DNA of 64,000 nucleotides from a virus. Taxonomy: Duplodnaviria; Caudoviricetes. Under the pieces are notes generated by a model. The model made no database searches, had not been told where the DNA came from, and saw nothing but the letters and a program-made list of their open reading frames with translations. The stretch lies in the IMG/VR virus record IMGVR_UViG_645044602_000001, positions 9,326-73,325 of that record; one strand, 5' to 3'. The translations under genes were made by a program, and so were the position numbers. Positions 55,723 through 64,000 of this stretch are shown here, one piece after another. The first letter of the stretch is position 1. The number at the start of each line of letters is the position of its first letter.

Positions 55723-56390
55723 CAGACGAATCCTCGATCTTGGAAGCGAGTGTCTTCATCCAATACTTCCGAAGTCTGAGATTTGTTTTCGATGATATCT
55801 TCACCCATCATTCTCAGATACAGACCGTAATAGGAATCGCCTTTCGCTGTGTGCTCTTCTCCACCCATATGGGACAGATACAACCCAGAGACGTAAAGCG
55901 CCAGAGCTTCATAGAGATGATGAGGCAATTGCATCGTACCATTGACATCAATGGCCGGATGTTTGGTCTGGAACTTGAGATCTACTGCTGGTGCATAATC
56001 CTCCATGAACTGATTCGAGAATCGAATCGAGAACGGAGAGGGCATGGTGATGAGTGAACCAGTCTTGGGAACAAAGGTTCTCTCATTGGCTGGAATCACT
56101 TCCAGATCTTTCGGAACTGCATGAATCGACAGCATTCGCACATAGTCAGCAAAGACAGCATCAAGCGTTGAGTTCAACAGGTAGATGTTCTGTCCTGAGA
56201 CAAACGTCAGAGCATAGGTCGATTCAAACAGCTTCATTCGGGTACTGATGTCGATCAGTCCCTGATTGGTAAGCTCAAGCAGTTGATCTTCATGACCCGG
56301 ATTGATCTCACCGAGATCTTGGTCATCGACAACCGCTGTGTTCTTCAGTTGGCCACGAGCCAGCTTCATGGTGAAATCTGTGAAGAGCAT
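55722..56390 (-). CDS. head-tail adaptor/structural protein (N4 gp67-like)
   Basis: NQGLIDISTR...LPHHLYEALALYV and terminal RFQDRGFV; follows the terminase. Confidence 0.75.
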   Translation of the reverse strand: MLFTDFTMKLARGQLKNTAVVDDQDLGEINPGHEDQLLELTNQGLIDISTRMKLFESTYALTFVSGQNIYLLNSTLDAVFADYVRMLSIHAVPKDLEVIPANERTFVPKTGSLITMPSPFSIRFSNQFMEDYAPAVDLKFQTKHPAIDVNGTMQLPHHLYEALALYVSGLYLSHMGGEEHTAKGDSYYGLYLRMMGEDIIENKSQTSEVLDEDTRFQDRGFV

Positions 56391-56400
56391 GGGACTTTCC

Positions 56401-58017
56401 TTATACGATGTAGGCTCCTAGCCCGGATTCTTCTTCAATTTGGTCATCTGTACCCCAGATGATATCCTTAGTCGATACCTGAGTCTGAGGTTCGACTGGT
56501 TCTTCCGGATTTGGTTTCCAAGGGTTCATCACAGTCAACATCGAGATAGTATCTAGGCAGTCGTCTTTACCCATCAAACCATCACGAGTAGCAAGGCTGA
56601 TCTGTTCCATAAACAAACCAAGAGTTTTGGTCTTGCTCATTTCCGAAGCAAAATGGATCTTCCCAGACTTGAACAGAGGAACCACCAGATTGAACCGCGA
56701 CAGTTTGTCCGTCATCGGTCGGATACCCGGTTTGTTGGTTTTTGGGTCATGGGTCAAATTGAAGTAGATACCACGACGATCCATTTCACTCATGATCCAA
56801 GGAATGAATCCACCCTGTTGTCCGGTGACTTCGATACCGACACCTTGAGGTGAATACTCCTGTGCAAAATTGAACAGATCGTTGATAGTTTTGCCCATCT
56901 GTTGACGTTCGCACAGACCATCAACCCAAATCCAGTTCCCATCCTTGTCATAGGCCCAAACAGAAATCACTGTGTAATCAGCAGTTTGCTTGGAAGAAGT
57001 GGCAAAGTCAGTGGTGATGTAGAAGTTGTAGTGCTTCCTATTGGACAAGATGTCCATCCGAGACTTCCAACCAATCTCATCTTGTTGAATCAGACGAGAC
57101 TCATCTGAGGTAATCCGAAGCATGAGTTCCTGACGGAAAGACTTTTCTTTCCCTTCCATCACAGCAGAATCATACATCTCTTTCACATAATCGTATGTGA
57201 AGCGATCTTCCCAAGCTCCGCTAAATTCTTCACGCTCACAAGGAAACTCTTTGCAGACAGGCCAGACGTTCACTTGCCAAGCACCAGACTCAATTGCCTG
57301 ATACACAATGTCTTCTTTGTTGAACGGAGTTCCATTCAGAATCATCTTGTGACGAGTTGGATCCAACGCATACTGAACACCTGAGTATACAGTATCGTTG
57401 ATGGCTTCCATTGCAGTCGGTGATTTAGAATCAGCATCTGAGATCAAGTCGTCCATGACAGCCAGTACAGGACGACGATTGAAGATCTTCGTACCCCGGA
57501 TACCTGATTTGGCACCGAACATCTTGACGCCAAATTTACCACCATTTCTGTTGTGAAATTCCATGTAGTTTTCAGTGAATCGAACCCCTGACTCTGGCAG
57601 CCAATACTGCAAGAATTCACTGGAGTAGTATCGAGACTTGATTGATTCACGAGCAGACTTCACCCCGTTGTCCATCGAATCCGAAATGTAAAGCATTCCG
57701 GGAACAGGACCGAAGCCGGGAATCTTGTTGAACATAGCCAGATAGAGCGTCAGATACTCCATCATCAGAGTGGTCTTTGCAGTACCACGAGCACAGAGAT
57801 TCGTGATCTTCTTGTGTTTGGTCGGTAGCTTATCAAGCATTGCGAGGTGCATGACAGGAGTCTTGTTATCTTCTCCTCGACCATCGTTACAGAGCTTGAT
57901 GAAGTTCATGAACTCAAGGCTGAACTTCGAAGGGATGTATCCCCCGTTGTTCAGCCAATCAAAGTCTACTTCATTCAGATAATCGTCTACCGACTTGTTT
58001 CCAAAGAACTTACTCAT
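56401..58017 (-). CDS. terL: terminase large subunit (N4 gp68-like)
   Basis: CARGTAKTT Walker A, IRG...RPVLAVMDD, GTP, TTDFATS and DDCLDTISML motifs. Confidence 0.95.
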   Translation of the reverse strand: MSKFFGNKSVDDYLNEVDFDWLNNGGYIPSKFSLEFMNFIKLCNDGRGEDNKTPVMHLAMLDKLPTKHKKITNLCARGTAKTTLMMEYLTLYLAMFNKIPGFGPVPGMLYISDSMDNGVKSARESIKSRYYSSEFLQYWLPESGVRFTENYMEFHNRNGGKFGVKMFGAKSGIRGTKIFNRRPVLAVMDDLISDADSKSPTAMEAINDTVYSGVQYALDPTRHKMILNGTPFNKEDIVYQAIESGAWQVNVWPVCKEFPCEREEFSGAWEDRFTYDYVKEMYDSAVMEGKEKSFRQELMLRITSDESRLIQQDEIGWKSRMDILSNRKHYNFYITTDFATSSKQTADYTVISVWAYDKDGNWIWVDGLCERQQMGKTINDLFNFAQEYSPQGVGIEVTGQQGGFIPWIMSEMDRRGIYFNLTHDPKTNKPGIRPMTDKLSRFNLVVPLFKSGKIHFASEMSKTKTLGLFMEQISLATRDGLMGKDDCLDTISMLTVMNPWKPNPEEPVEPQTQVSTKDIIWGTDDQIEEESGLGAYIV

Positions 58018-58699
58018 TCATAATCTCCGCATCCGGAATGTTCATAGGCAGTGCAGCCACTTCCTGCACAGACATAGACTTTCCTTCAATGGTTCGCATC
58101 TGCATCTCAGCCATTTCAGAGATACGAGCTTCAAGTGCTCGCATACCATCGTTCATTCCGATGTCGATTTTCAGTTCAGCCTTATTCACTTCAGGCTTCT
58201 TCAGGTGAGTTAGAAGACTGTTTGCTGCTTCCACTCGAACCTTATCACTTACAGCCGTATCATTCATGATCGTGTATTGAGTGTTGATCGCAGCTTGGAA
58301 AATGTCCTGATTCAAAACCCATGTTGGAATCATGGCTCGTTCATAAACCAGATTCACCAACTTTCCCTTGTTGTAGGCAGCCACATATGAAGCGATGTCT
58401 TTGCTGGACCGCCCATCTGAAACCATCTGCTGATAACGATCTGGGAAAGTAGATCGGTACGCATCAAGATTTGATTTGCCCATGACTTTGTGTGAAACAT
58501 ACATCACTGCACGCACATAGTCTCCGAGCTTGAATCGTCCTTCTGCAAGAACCTGAGAAAACGAAATAAAGTTCTCTCGAATGTATCGAGCTTCCTCTGG
58601 GTCTTTCGACAACGCATTCAGTTGATTGACCATATCCTGCGTAATGTGGCCTTTCTGGCCAGCAGGAAGAGAGTCTTGTACCTCTTTGAGTGTAAGCAT
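58010..58699 (-). CDS. N4 gp69-like protein (putative terminase small subunit)
   Basis: DYVRAVMYVSHKVMG...TFPDRY...AYNKGKLVN...AANSLLTHLKKPE motifs; upstream of terL. Confidence 0.8.
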   Translation of the reverse strand: MLTLKEVQDSLPAGQKGHITQDMVNQLNALSKDPEEARYIRENFISFSQVLAEGRFKLGDYVRAVMYVSHKVMGKSNLDAYRSTFPDRYQQMVSDGRSSKDIASYVAAYNKGKLVNLVYERAMIPTWVLNQDIFQAAINTQYTIMNDTAVSDKVRVEAANSLLTHLKKPEVNKAELKIDIGMNDGMRALEARISEMAEMQMRTIEGKSMSVQEVAALPMNIPDAEIMNE

Positions 58700-58772
58700 T
58701 GCTCGTTACTCCGTTCTTGTGGTAATGCAGTCACATGGATGCCCTATAACCTAAAGCAAGACTGGAAAGCAA

Positions 58773-59093
58773 ATGCCACAAACATGCTCTACCAATTATC
58801 TCTGCACTCCAATCTGGTACACATTCTCTGATCGAGTCGAAGAAGGTGGTGAAGATGTCATTGCTTACGCCGCTGGACCTTATGCTCAAGATCTGAACGT
58901 GACCTGTGTTTGTGGTGCAGGTACTGTACAGTTCCAAGTGAAGAATCATCTTGGTGTCTGGTTCACTCCGGCTGAAGCCAGCTATACCGTAAATGAATCG
59001 AACCTTGTTCGTCTGCCTCGTGCAAACATGCCTGATATCCGGATCATCGCCACTGGCGATGCTACGTTCTATGTTGAAGGACCGCTCCGCTAA
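58773..59093 (+). CDS. hypothetical virion-associated protein (106 aa)
   Basis: GGAAAG RBS; TAATG overlap with the next gene; beta-rich. Confidence 0.65.
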   Translation: MPQTCSTNYLCTPIWYTFSDRVEEGGEDVIAYAAGPYAQDLNVTCVCGAGTVQFQVKNHLGVWFTPAEASYTVNESNLVRLPRANMPDIRIIATGDATFYVEGPLR

Positions 59094-61375
59094 TGCCTCA
59101 TCCTCCACTATACCCTTGGGGACAAGATGATGATCGTACCCGGTCTATCGACGTAGTTCATATTGAACCGTCGATTCGGGAAGGTGTTCACTTGGTCTCC
59201 AGCCTTTATGGCCGGGAAGCATCTTCTCCGCTGTATCGGTTTCCGCCTGTGTCATCCAACAATGCTTGGATTCGTGGTGATGCTTTGATTCCGGCAGTTC
59301 TTACTGCTGAAGAAGGAACATGGAACGCATCTCCTTCTGCAACTTTTGAATACCAATGGATGGCCAACGGAATTGATATTCCTTTTGCCACTCAGAAGAC
59401 TTGGCTTTCATCTATCGAATATGATGGTCAAGACATCACCGTTGAGATCAAAGGTATCAATTACCTTGGGCAAGACATCACAATCACATCGCCATTGCGT
59501 ATCTCGATCATTGAACCAATTGTAGTCAATGAACAAGAAAACTTCTTGATCACAGGACTTCAGTCGGGAACCAATGCTCAAGTTACCTATGATCAGCGTA
59601 CTTTGATCACGACTGGTATTGGTGCTTTGGATCGTATCGACGTAAATCGTGCAGTTGCTTACTATCTCACTGGTATTTCTACTGATGATCGTCTGGATAC
59701 AAACCAGATGAGTATGCACTTCATCACTGGTCTTCAGAGAGTAGATACGCTGTCTGTACAAGATGCTGGCAGCATTGCTGTCATCAACATGCAATATGCT
59801 GATCCATTGGAAGAAGGTCTTCCGGTTCATATGAACCTCAAGAACCCTGATGCTGAAATGGGTATGCTTGGTTGGACCAACTTCGGTTCAGTTCAGTTTG
59901 ATTCAGATGCTGAACGCAGTGGAGATTATTCTTGGAATGGAGGTGACAATGTTGGTCCAAGTGGTTCCAACACACCTTTCTCATACATCTGGCAAAATGT
60001 TCCTATCGAAGCAGCATGGATTCCAGATGTCGATTTGGGTCTGACCAATCTTGAAGTCTATTGGTATCAGTTCACTGATGATGGAACTGATATGGCCAAT
60101 GTGCGTGTCGAATACTTCGATGTAAATATGACTCTGCTTGGTCAAGATAATGGTCCCGGTCTTTGGGCATCTCCTTCCAACATTTGGTTCTATAGGACTT
60201 TTGAAAATCCAATTCCTGCAAACACTCGTTGGGTTCGTATTTATCTAGAGTTCAACCTTCAGTCTGGAAACAACAACAATGCTGCAATTGACGACGTGTC
60301 GATGTACATTCGTAAGGGAGCCAAGGTAAACAAACGTGACTTTGGTCCTTTGTTCGAACAATGGCGTCTTCGTTTTACCAAAGCCAACACTTGGTCTGGT
60401 ACTGGTCTTTCTGAGATCGAGTTCCGTCCGACTCCATCTGGCACTGACCTTACAACCGGAGGTTCACCTATCTTCGGATCGGCTGGTCTTGGCGTTCTGA
60501 ATGCAGACTATGCTTTCGATGATCTTCGCAACACAGGTTACTGGGCTGGTGAAGAGAATGGTATTGCCAACGGTACTGCTTGGGTTGGGTACGACATGGG
60601 TACTCCTGTTCGTCCTGAAATTGTAGACATCACAGCCCGAAGTGGATCTGATTCACTTCAGGTTGGACGTGAATTCTACATTGAAGGATCAAATGATGGT
60701 ATTCGTTGGACACCTGTTCAGTTCTTCCGTGAAGAGCTTGTTGGTACGTTTACCTCTGGTCAGCGTAAACAATATACCATCCCTCGTGGTGCTTTCGATT
60801 GGTTCACTGCTTACTTCTCAGGTGCAGGATATCTTTATGAACGAAGCACCACTGTCAGTGATGATATGGCAGGCAAAGGAAACATTTGGATCTGCGAAAC
60901 TCGTCTGAATATTGATGAACTTCGTGTTCTTGTTGACGATAACCAATTGACCCCGTTCAATTATCGTCTGCAACTTTGCCGTATAAACTACCAAAAAAAT
61001 GGTGTGTTCCAACCGGGCATGATTTCTGAAGTTCTGAAAGACTTCACTCTTTCATCTGCTGGTTTGAATGCTGGTCCAACTTGGGTATCTCAAGCCTGTA
61101 CAACTTCTCATGAGTTTGAGGTAGGTGAGTCTTTTTTGATTCGCTTCTTCGACCTCAATGCTGCAACTAACCCAGTCCAAGCAAATGAAGGACGTACTCG
61201 GTACATCACTTTCAATGGTGAGCAGAATGAGTACATGATTCGAAATGGTATTGCTCGAAGGATTGCAGCATGGGCTGGTGGTCCTGCGACTCCTGAAATC
61301 GGTCAAATCAATCCCAATGGATCATCCAATGGGACTCGTTACTTCACTCTAGATTTCAAAGGCTCGATCTACTAA
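59093..61375 (+). CDS. putative tail/receptor-binding protein with Ig-like, CBM-like and discoidin-like domains
   Basis: GTW...FEYQW Ig-like domain; KNPDAE.G..GW CBM-like start; AFDD...YW...WVGYD...F.IEGSNDG..WT F5/8-type C motif. Confidence 0.7.
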   Translation: MPHPPLYPWGQDDDRTRSIDVVHIEPSIREGVHLVSSLYGREASSPLYRFPPVSSNNAWIRGDALIPAVLTAEEGTWNASPSATFEYQWMANGIDIPFATQKTWLSSIEYDGQDITVEIKGINYLGQDITITSPLRISIIEPIVVNEQENFLITGLQSGTNAQVTYDQRTLITTGIGALDRIDVNRAVAYYLTGISTDDRLDTNQMSMHFITGLQRVDTLSVQDAGSIAVINMQYADPLEEGLPVHMNLKNPDAEMGMLGWTNFGSVQFDSDAERSGDYSWNGGDNVGPSGSNTPFSYIWQNVPIEAAWIPDVDLGLTNLEVYWYQFTDDGTDMANVRVEYFDVNMTLLGQDNGPGLWASPSNIWFYRTFENPIPANTRWVRIYLEFNLQSGNNNNAAIDDVSMYIRKGAKVNKRDFGPLFEQWRLRFTKANTWSGTGLSEIEFRPTPSGTDLTTGGSPIFGSAGLGVLNADYAFDDLRNTGYWAGEENGIANGTAWVGYDMGTPVRPEIVDITARSGSDSLQVGREFYIEGSNDGIRWTPVQFFREELVGTFTSGQRKQYTIPRGAFDWFTAYFSGAGYLYERSTTVSDDMAGKGNIWICETRLNIDELRVLVDDNQLTPFNYRLQLCRINYQKNGVFQPGMISEVLKDFTLSSAGLNAGPTWVSQACTTSHEFEVGESFLIRFFDLNAATNPVQANEGRTRYITFNGEQNEYMIRNGIARRIAAWAGGPATPEIGQINPNGSSNGTRYFTLDFKGSIY

Positions 61376-61406
61376 ACAGATCTTGCCAGTCAGAAAGGAC
61401 ACTCCA

Positions 61407-62393
61407 ATGCCTAACATCCTGTTCGCATCTAACTCAATCTCGCACTTTCCGGGATCTCGAATTGGCTCACCTGAATGGGCATTTGACTCACGTCGTGTTC
61501 CATATTCAATTGAATTCCCATTGGAAACGATTGCGGCTTCTCCTGCGTTTACTGAAACATCAACTGATGAGACTTGGATTCATTTCCGTGTCGGTGCTCA
61601 AGTCTGGTGGGTTAACAATGATAACCCATTGGTTGAAGTTGTAGACATCAATGGTGATCGTATCTGTCAACTTTCTTTCCGAAATCGCCCTGAAAATGGT
61701 TGGACTCTTCGAACCGCCATGGATGGGAAAACTTTTTCTGATGTTCGGTATGTACCTTTCTTGGGTGAAACTCTTCGTACTATCGACATTCAAATCAAAC
61801 TTGGAACACTCCAAGCTGAGTTCCGAGTGTATGTGAATGAGCTTTTGCTGATTGAACGATCATTTGCTTACAATCAACTCAATGCTCGTAAACCTCGATT
61901 TATTTGGCTTGGTGGTGCATTCCGAGGCTTATCAAGTGATCCAATGTCATTTTATGAGCCACACTATTCCGAGATCATCATTGCTGATGGTGATACTCGG
62001 AACGCTCGCCTTGACCTTCTTCGTCCGGTCTCTGCTGGTGCTTATGGAAACTGGAATGGTCCTCTCGTCTCACTCTCTGACGATGATCCAACAACTGGTA
62101 TGACTACGGTCTCTCCAAACCAGTCTCAAACCACGATCCTCACTCCATACACTGGAGCAAACAACATCTCAAACATCGTGCAAGTCACGACAACGGTTCG
62201 GGGGCTGAACTCACCTACCAAACTTCGGCACCTGATTCGAATGTCTGGGGTAGATTATTTGACTCCAGACTTCAATGTGCCGTTCTCCAAGGAATACCAA
62301 GTGACAGACTGGAAACAGAACCCTGCAACTTCTCAGCCTTGGGCAGCCACGGATCTTGTAAACGTGGAGTATGGGTTCCGGTCAATCGCCTGA
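61407..62393 (+). CDS. putative tail structural protein
   Basis: AAGGA RBS before ATG 61407; C-terminal W..NPAT..PW...D....EYG motif seen in phage tail proteins. Confidence 0.6.
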   Translation: MPNILFASNSISHFPGSRIGSPEWAFDSRRVPYSIEFPLETIAASPAFTETSTDETWIHFRVGAQVWWVNNDNPLVEVVDINGDRICQLSFRNRPENGWTLRTAMDGKTFSDVRYVPFLGETLRTIDIQIKLGTLQAEFRVYVNELLLIERSFAYNQLNARKPRFIWLGGAFRGLSSDPMSFYEPHYSEIIIADGDTRNARLDLLRPVSAGAYGNWNGPLVSLSDDDPTTGMTTVSPNQSQTTILTPYTGANNISNIVQVTTTVRGLNSPTKLRHLIRMSGVDYLTPDFNVPFSKEYQVTDWKQNPATSQPWAATDLVNVEYGFRSIA

Positions 62394-62419
62394 ACCATCA
62401 CAATCTGACTGGGAAAATT

Positions 62420-62455
62420 GGAAGGGGGTAGCGCGAAGCTGCTCCCTTCTTTTTT
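62420..62455 (+). terminator. rho-independent terminator
   Basis: GAAGGGGGTAGC-GCGAA-GCTGCTCCCTTC followed by a T tract. Confidence 0.85.
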
Positions 62456-62501
62456 GGGATTTAGGGTGTCTTTAGTAGTATCGGTCGTATGACCTAAGAC
62501 A

Positions 62502-62795
62502 GTGCTTTACCCCAATGATTCGGACCAAAGTCCGATATCCTTTGTGGACCAGAAACGCACACAAGGACTGGGGTCTCTCACCACCAACAAAGATGGAATG
62601 GAGTTTGACACTGAAGCCATTGTCAATCCCATCGAAGTCAAGGCCAAGGCGCTCAAGAAAATCCAACATAGCTGCATGACCTCTTCCTTTTTGGTTCTTC
62701 ATAAGCCAAGGATATATCGGCACCATGACAATGAAAAGGAAAACCAATGTCTGAACACGATTCTGAAGATCTATATTACATCGCTGGTCCCATGA
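62502..62795 (+). CDS. possible hypothetical protein; boundaries uncertain
   Basis: ORF with GTG start; an upstream ATG at 62489 is one base out of frame, and the 3' end overlaps the next gene. Confidence 0.3.
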   Translation: MLYPNDSDQSPISFVDQKRTQGLGSLTTNKDGMEFDTEAIVNPIEVKAKALKKIQHSCMTSSFLVLHKPRIYRHHDNEKENQCLNTILKIYITSLVP

Positions 62796-63094
62796 GTGGT
62801 TATGAAGATCACAATGCTCCAGCCTTCTACCATGCAGAAGAAACCCTGATCTCGTCAGGAGTACCCGGCAAGAACATCTTCAACCCCATACGTCATGAAG
62901 GTTCTCTGATGGTTCAACAAGGACTCGTCCGTGACCAACAGGCAGCCTATCGTATGTGTATGGCCATCGACTGTGATTGGATCTGCAAGAACGCTACTGC
63001 CATGTACATGCTCCGTGGTTGGGAAAGATCCCCCGGTGCAAAAGCTGAACATGCTCTCGCAGTTTGTCTTGGCATTCGAATCATTTACGAGTAA
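62747..63094 (+). CDS. DUF4406 / nucleoside 2-deoxyribosyltransferase-like protein
   Basis: YIAGPMSG...N.PAF...FNP...YMLRGWERSPGAKAEH motif. Confidence 0.85.
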   Translation: MSEHDSEDLYYIAGPMSGYEDHNAPAFYHAEETLISSGVPGKNIFNPIRHEGSLMVQQGLVRDQQAAYRMCMAIDCDWICKNATAMYMLRGWERSPGAKAEHALAVCLGIRIIYE

Positions 63095-63111
63095 GGAGTC
63101 ACAACCTTAAT

Positions 63112-63188
63112 CCGTGTGTAGCGCAGTCTGGTAGCGCACTAGTTTTGGGTACTAGGGGTCTCAGGTTCGAATCCTGATACACGGACCA
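63112..63188 (+). tRNA. tRNA-Pro(TGG)
   Basis: Cloverleaf: anticodon arm CTAGT-TTTGGGT-ACTAG, GGTTCGAATCC T arm, encoded CCA. Confidence 0.95.
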
Positions 63189-63194
63189 AGGTTA

Positions 63195-63270
63195 GGTGGG
63201 GTAGCTCAGTTGGTAGAGCAGGCGACCGATAATCGTCAGGTCGAAGGTTCAAACCCTTCCCCCACCACCA
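63195..63270 (+). tRNA. tRNA-Ile(GAT)
   Basis: Cloverleaf: GGCGA-CCGATAA-TCGTC anticodon arm, GGTTCAAACCC T arm, encoded CCA. Confidence 0.92.
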
Positions 63271-63272
63271 GC

Positions 63273-63362
63273 GGAAGAGTGGCCGAGTCTGGCTGAAGAC
63301 ACTGGTCTTGAAAACCAGCAAACCGAAAGGTTTCGTGGGTTCGAATCCCACCTCTTCCGCCA
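63273..63362 (+). tRNA. tRNA-Ser(TGA)
   Basis: CTGGT-CTTGAAA-ACCAG anticodon arm, long variable arm, G73, encoded CCA. Confidence 0.95.
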
Positions 63363-63612
63363 TAACCTCTTGAAACTCAATCAAAAACAAAAATGCACAT
63401 ACCATTGTGCAAAAATACAGATCTTGACAGCCATACTTCGAAACCGTACCTCCGTAGCTGGCAGTTGCGACTGCTGGGGGCCGAACCGGGATAACTCTGT
63501 CTTCACTACAGATCAAACCATACCCGCCCCGCTGCGCTCACCCGTAGCCCAGAGTCAGGCTCTCGCCCCACTCTCCCCATATCTCAATCATACCCAACGG
63601 CTTGCGAATCGA

Positions 63613-63703
63613 ATCAAGAAACATGCTTGGCATTGGGAGGAATGCGAAGCATTCCGAACCAATCTGCGTAGCAGGCCGAAGGCAGCCAAGTAGGTTTCTT
63701 GAT
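63613..63703 (+). other. multi-branched inverted-repeat structure with three C(GNA)G triloop hairpins
   Basis: ATCAAGAAAC/GTTTCTTGAT, TGCTTGGC/GCCAAGTA, ATTGG/CCAAT; hairpins GGAATGC-GAA-GCATTCC, CTGC-GTA-GCAG and GCC-GAA-GGC. Confidence 0.75.
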
Positions 63704-63772
63704 GAAGATGAGCAGTATTACCTATAGCTCATAAACCATGAATATAAGTTATAGCTCATAGAGGATAACCAC

Positions 63773-63883
63773 ATGAAACCTTCAGTCCATGTTCTCATGA
63801 ACCAAATCAACAAATGGCGTGAGGATATCCTCAGAGAAATAGCCGCCAAAGAAATGGCAGAGAGTCTTTTCAAAAACTCATAA
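63773..63883 (+). CDS. small hypothetical protein (36 aa)
   Basis: GAGGA RBS; MKPSVHVLMNQINKWREDILREIAAKEMAESLFKNS*. Confidence 0.45.
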   Translation: MKPSVHVLMNQINKWREDILREIAAKEMAESLFKNS

Positions 63884-64000
63884 GGCTCAAGTTTTCATAT
63901 GAAATTTTCAGTATGGAAAATGTGATATGTGTCGAGGGGTGGGGGGTTTCTGTCTGGCCCTCCACACAGTTCAACCCACCCCCCCGTCTTAATTACACGG

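Noticed and set aside
63476-63600. tmRNA suggested by GGGGCCGAA
   Set aside because: No matching acceptor 3' end, T arm or tag reading frame was found.
63139-63693. ORFs 63139..63516 (-) and 63370..63693 (+)
   Set aside because: They overlap tRNA genes or the structured non-coding element and lack RBS and protein-like composition.
1-64000. CRISPR array, integrase, reverse transcriptase or diversity-generating retroelement
   Set aside because: No regularly spaced repeats or corresponding protein motifs were seen; the Cas4-like nuclease at 22399 is a core N4 replication gene.

Overview
This window covers most of an N4-like podovirus genome (Schitoviridae). Its gene content of ThyX, thioredoxin, class II RNR, rIIA/rIIB and lectin-like tail genes beyond the terminase resembles N4-like phages of Roseobacter-group alphaproteobacteria; the host is inferred. 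Bases 1-28.8 kb (+) hold nucleotide-metabolism and replication genes plus an inserted fibre/decoration module. Bases 29.0-58.7 kb (-) are the late operon: a 3785-aa virion RNA polymerase, ejection/structural proteins, capsid, portal, lysis genes and terminase. Bases 58.8-64 kb (+) carry tail/adhesion genes, three tRNAs and a structured non-coding end region. The early RNAP II genes are outside the window. The most notable observation is a modular cassette inside the injected virion RNAP: an ADP-ribosyltransferase-like domain, an AT-rich unknown domain and a zincin protease domain, separated by a repeated linker. Other candidates are an Acb2/Tad1-like sponge, a macrodomain-like/SLOG pair, a multi-branched GNA-triloop DNA structure, and several structured intergenic elements. 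Several apparent single-base indels suggest consensus errors, so frameshift-based ideas need read-level checks. All assignments come from motif recognition and synteny by eye; no database searches were run.
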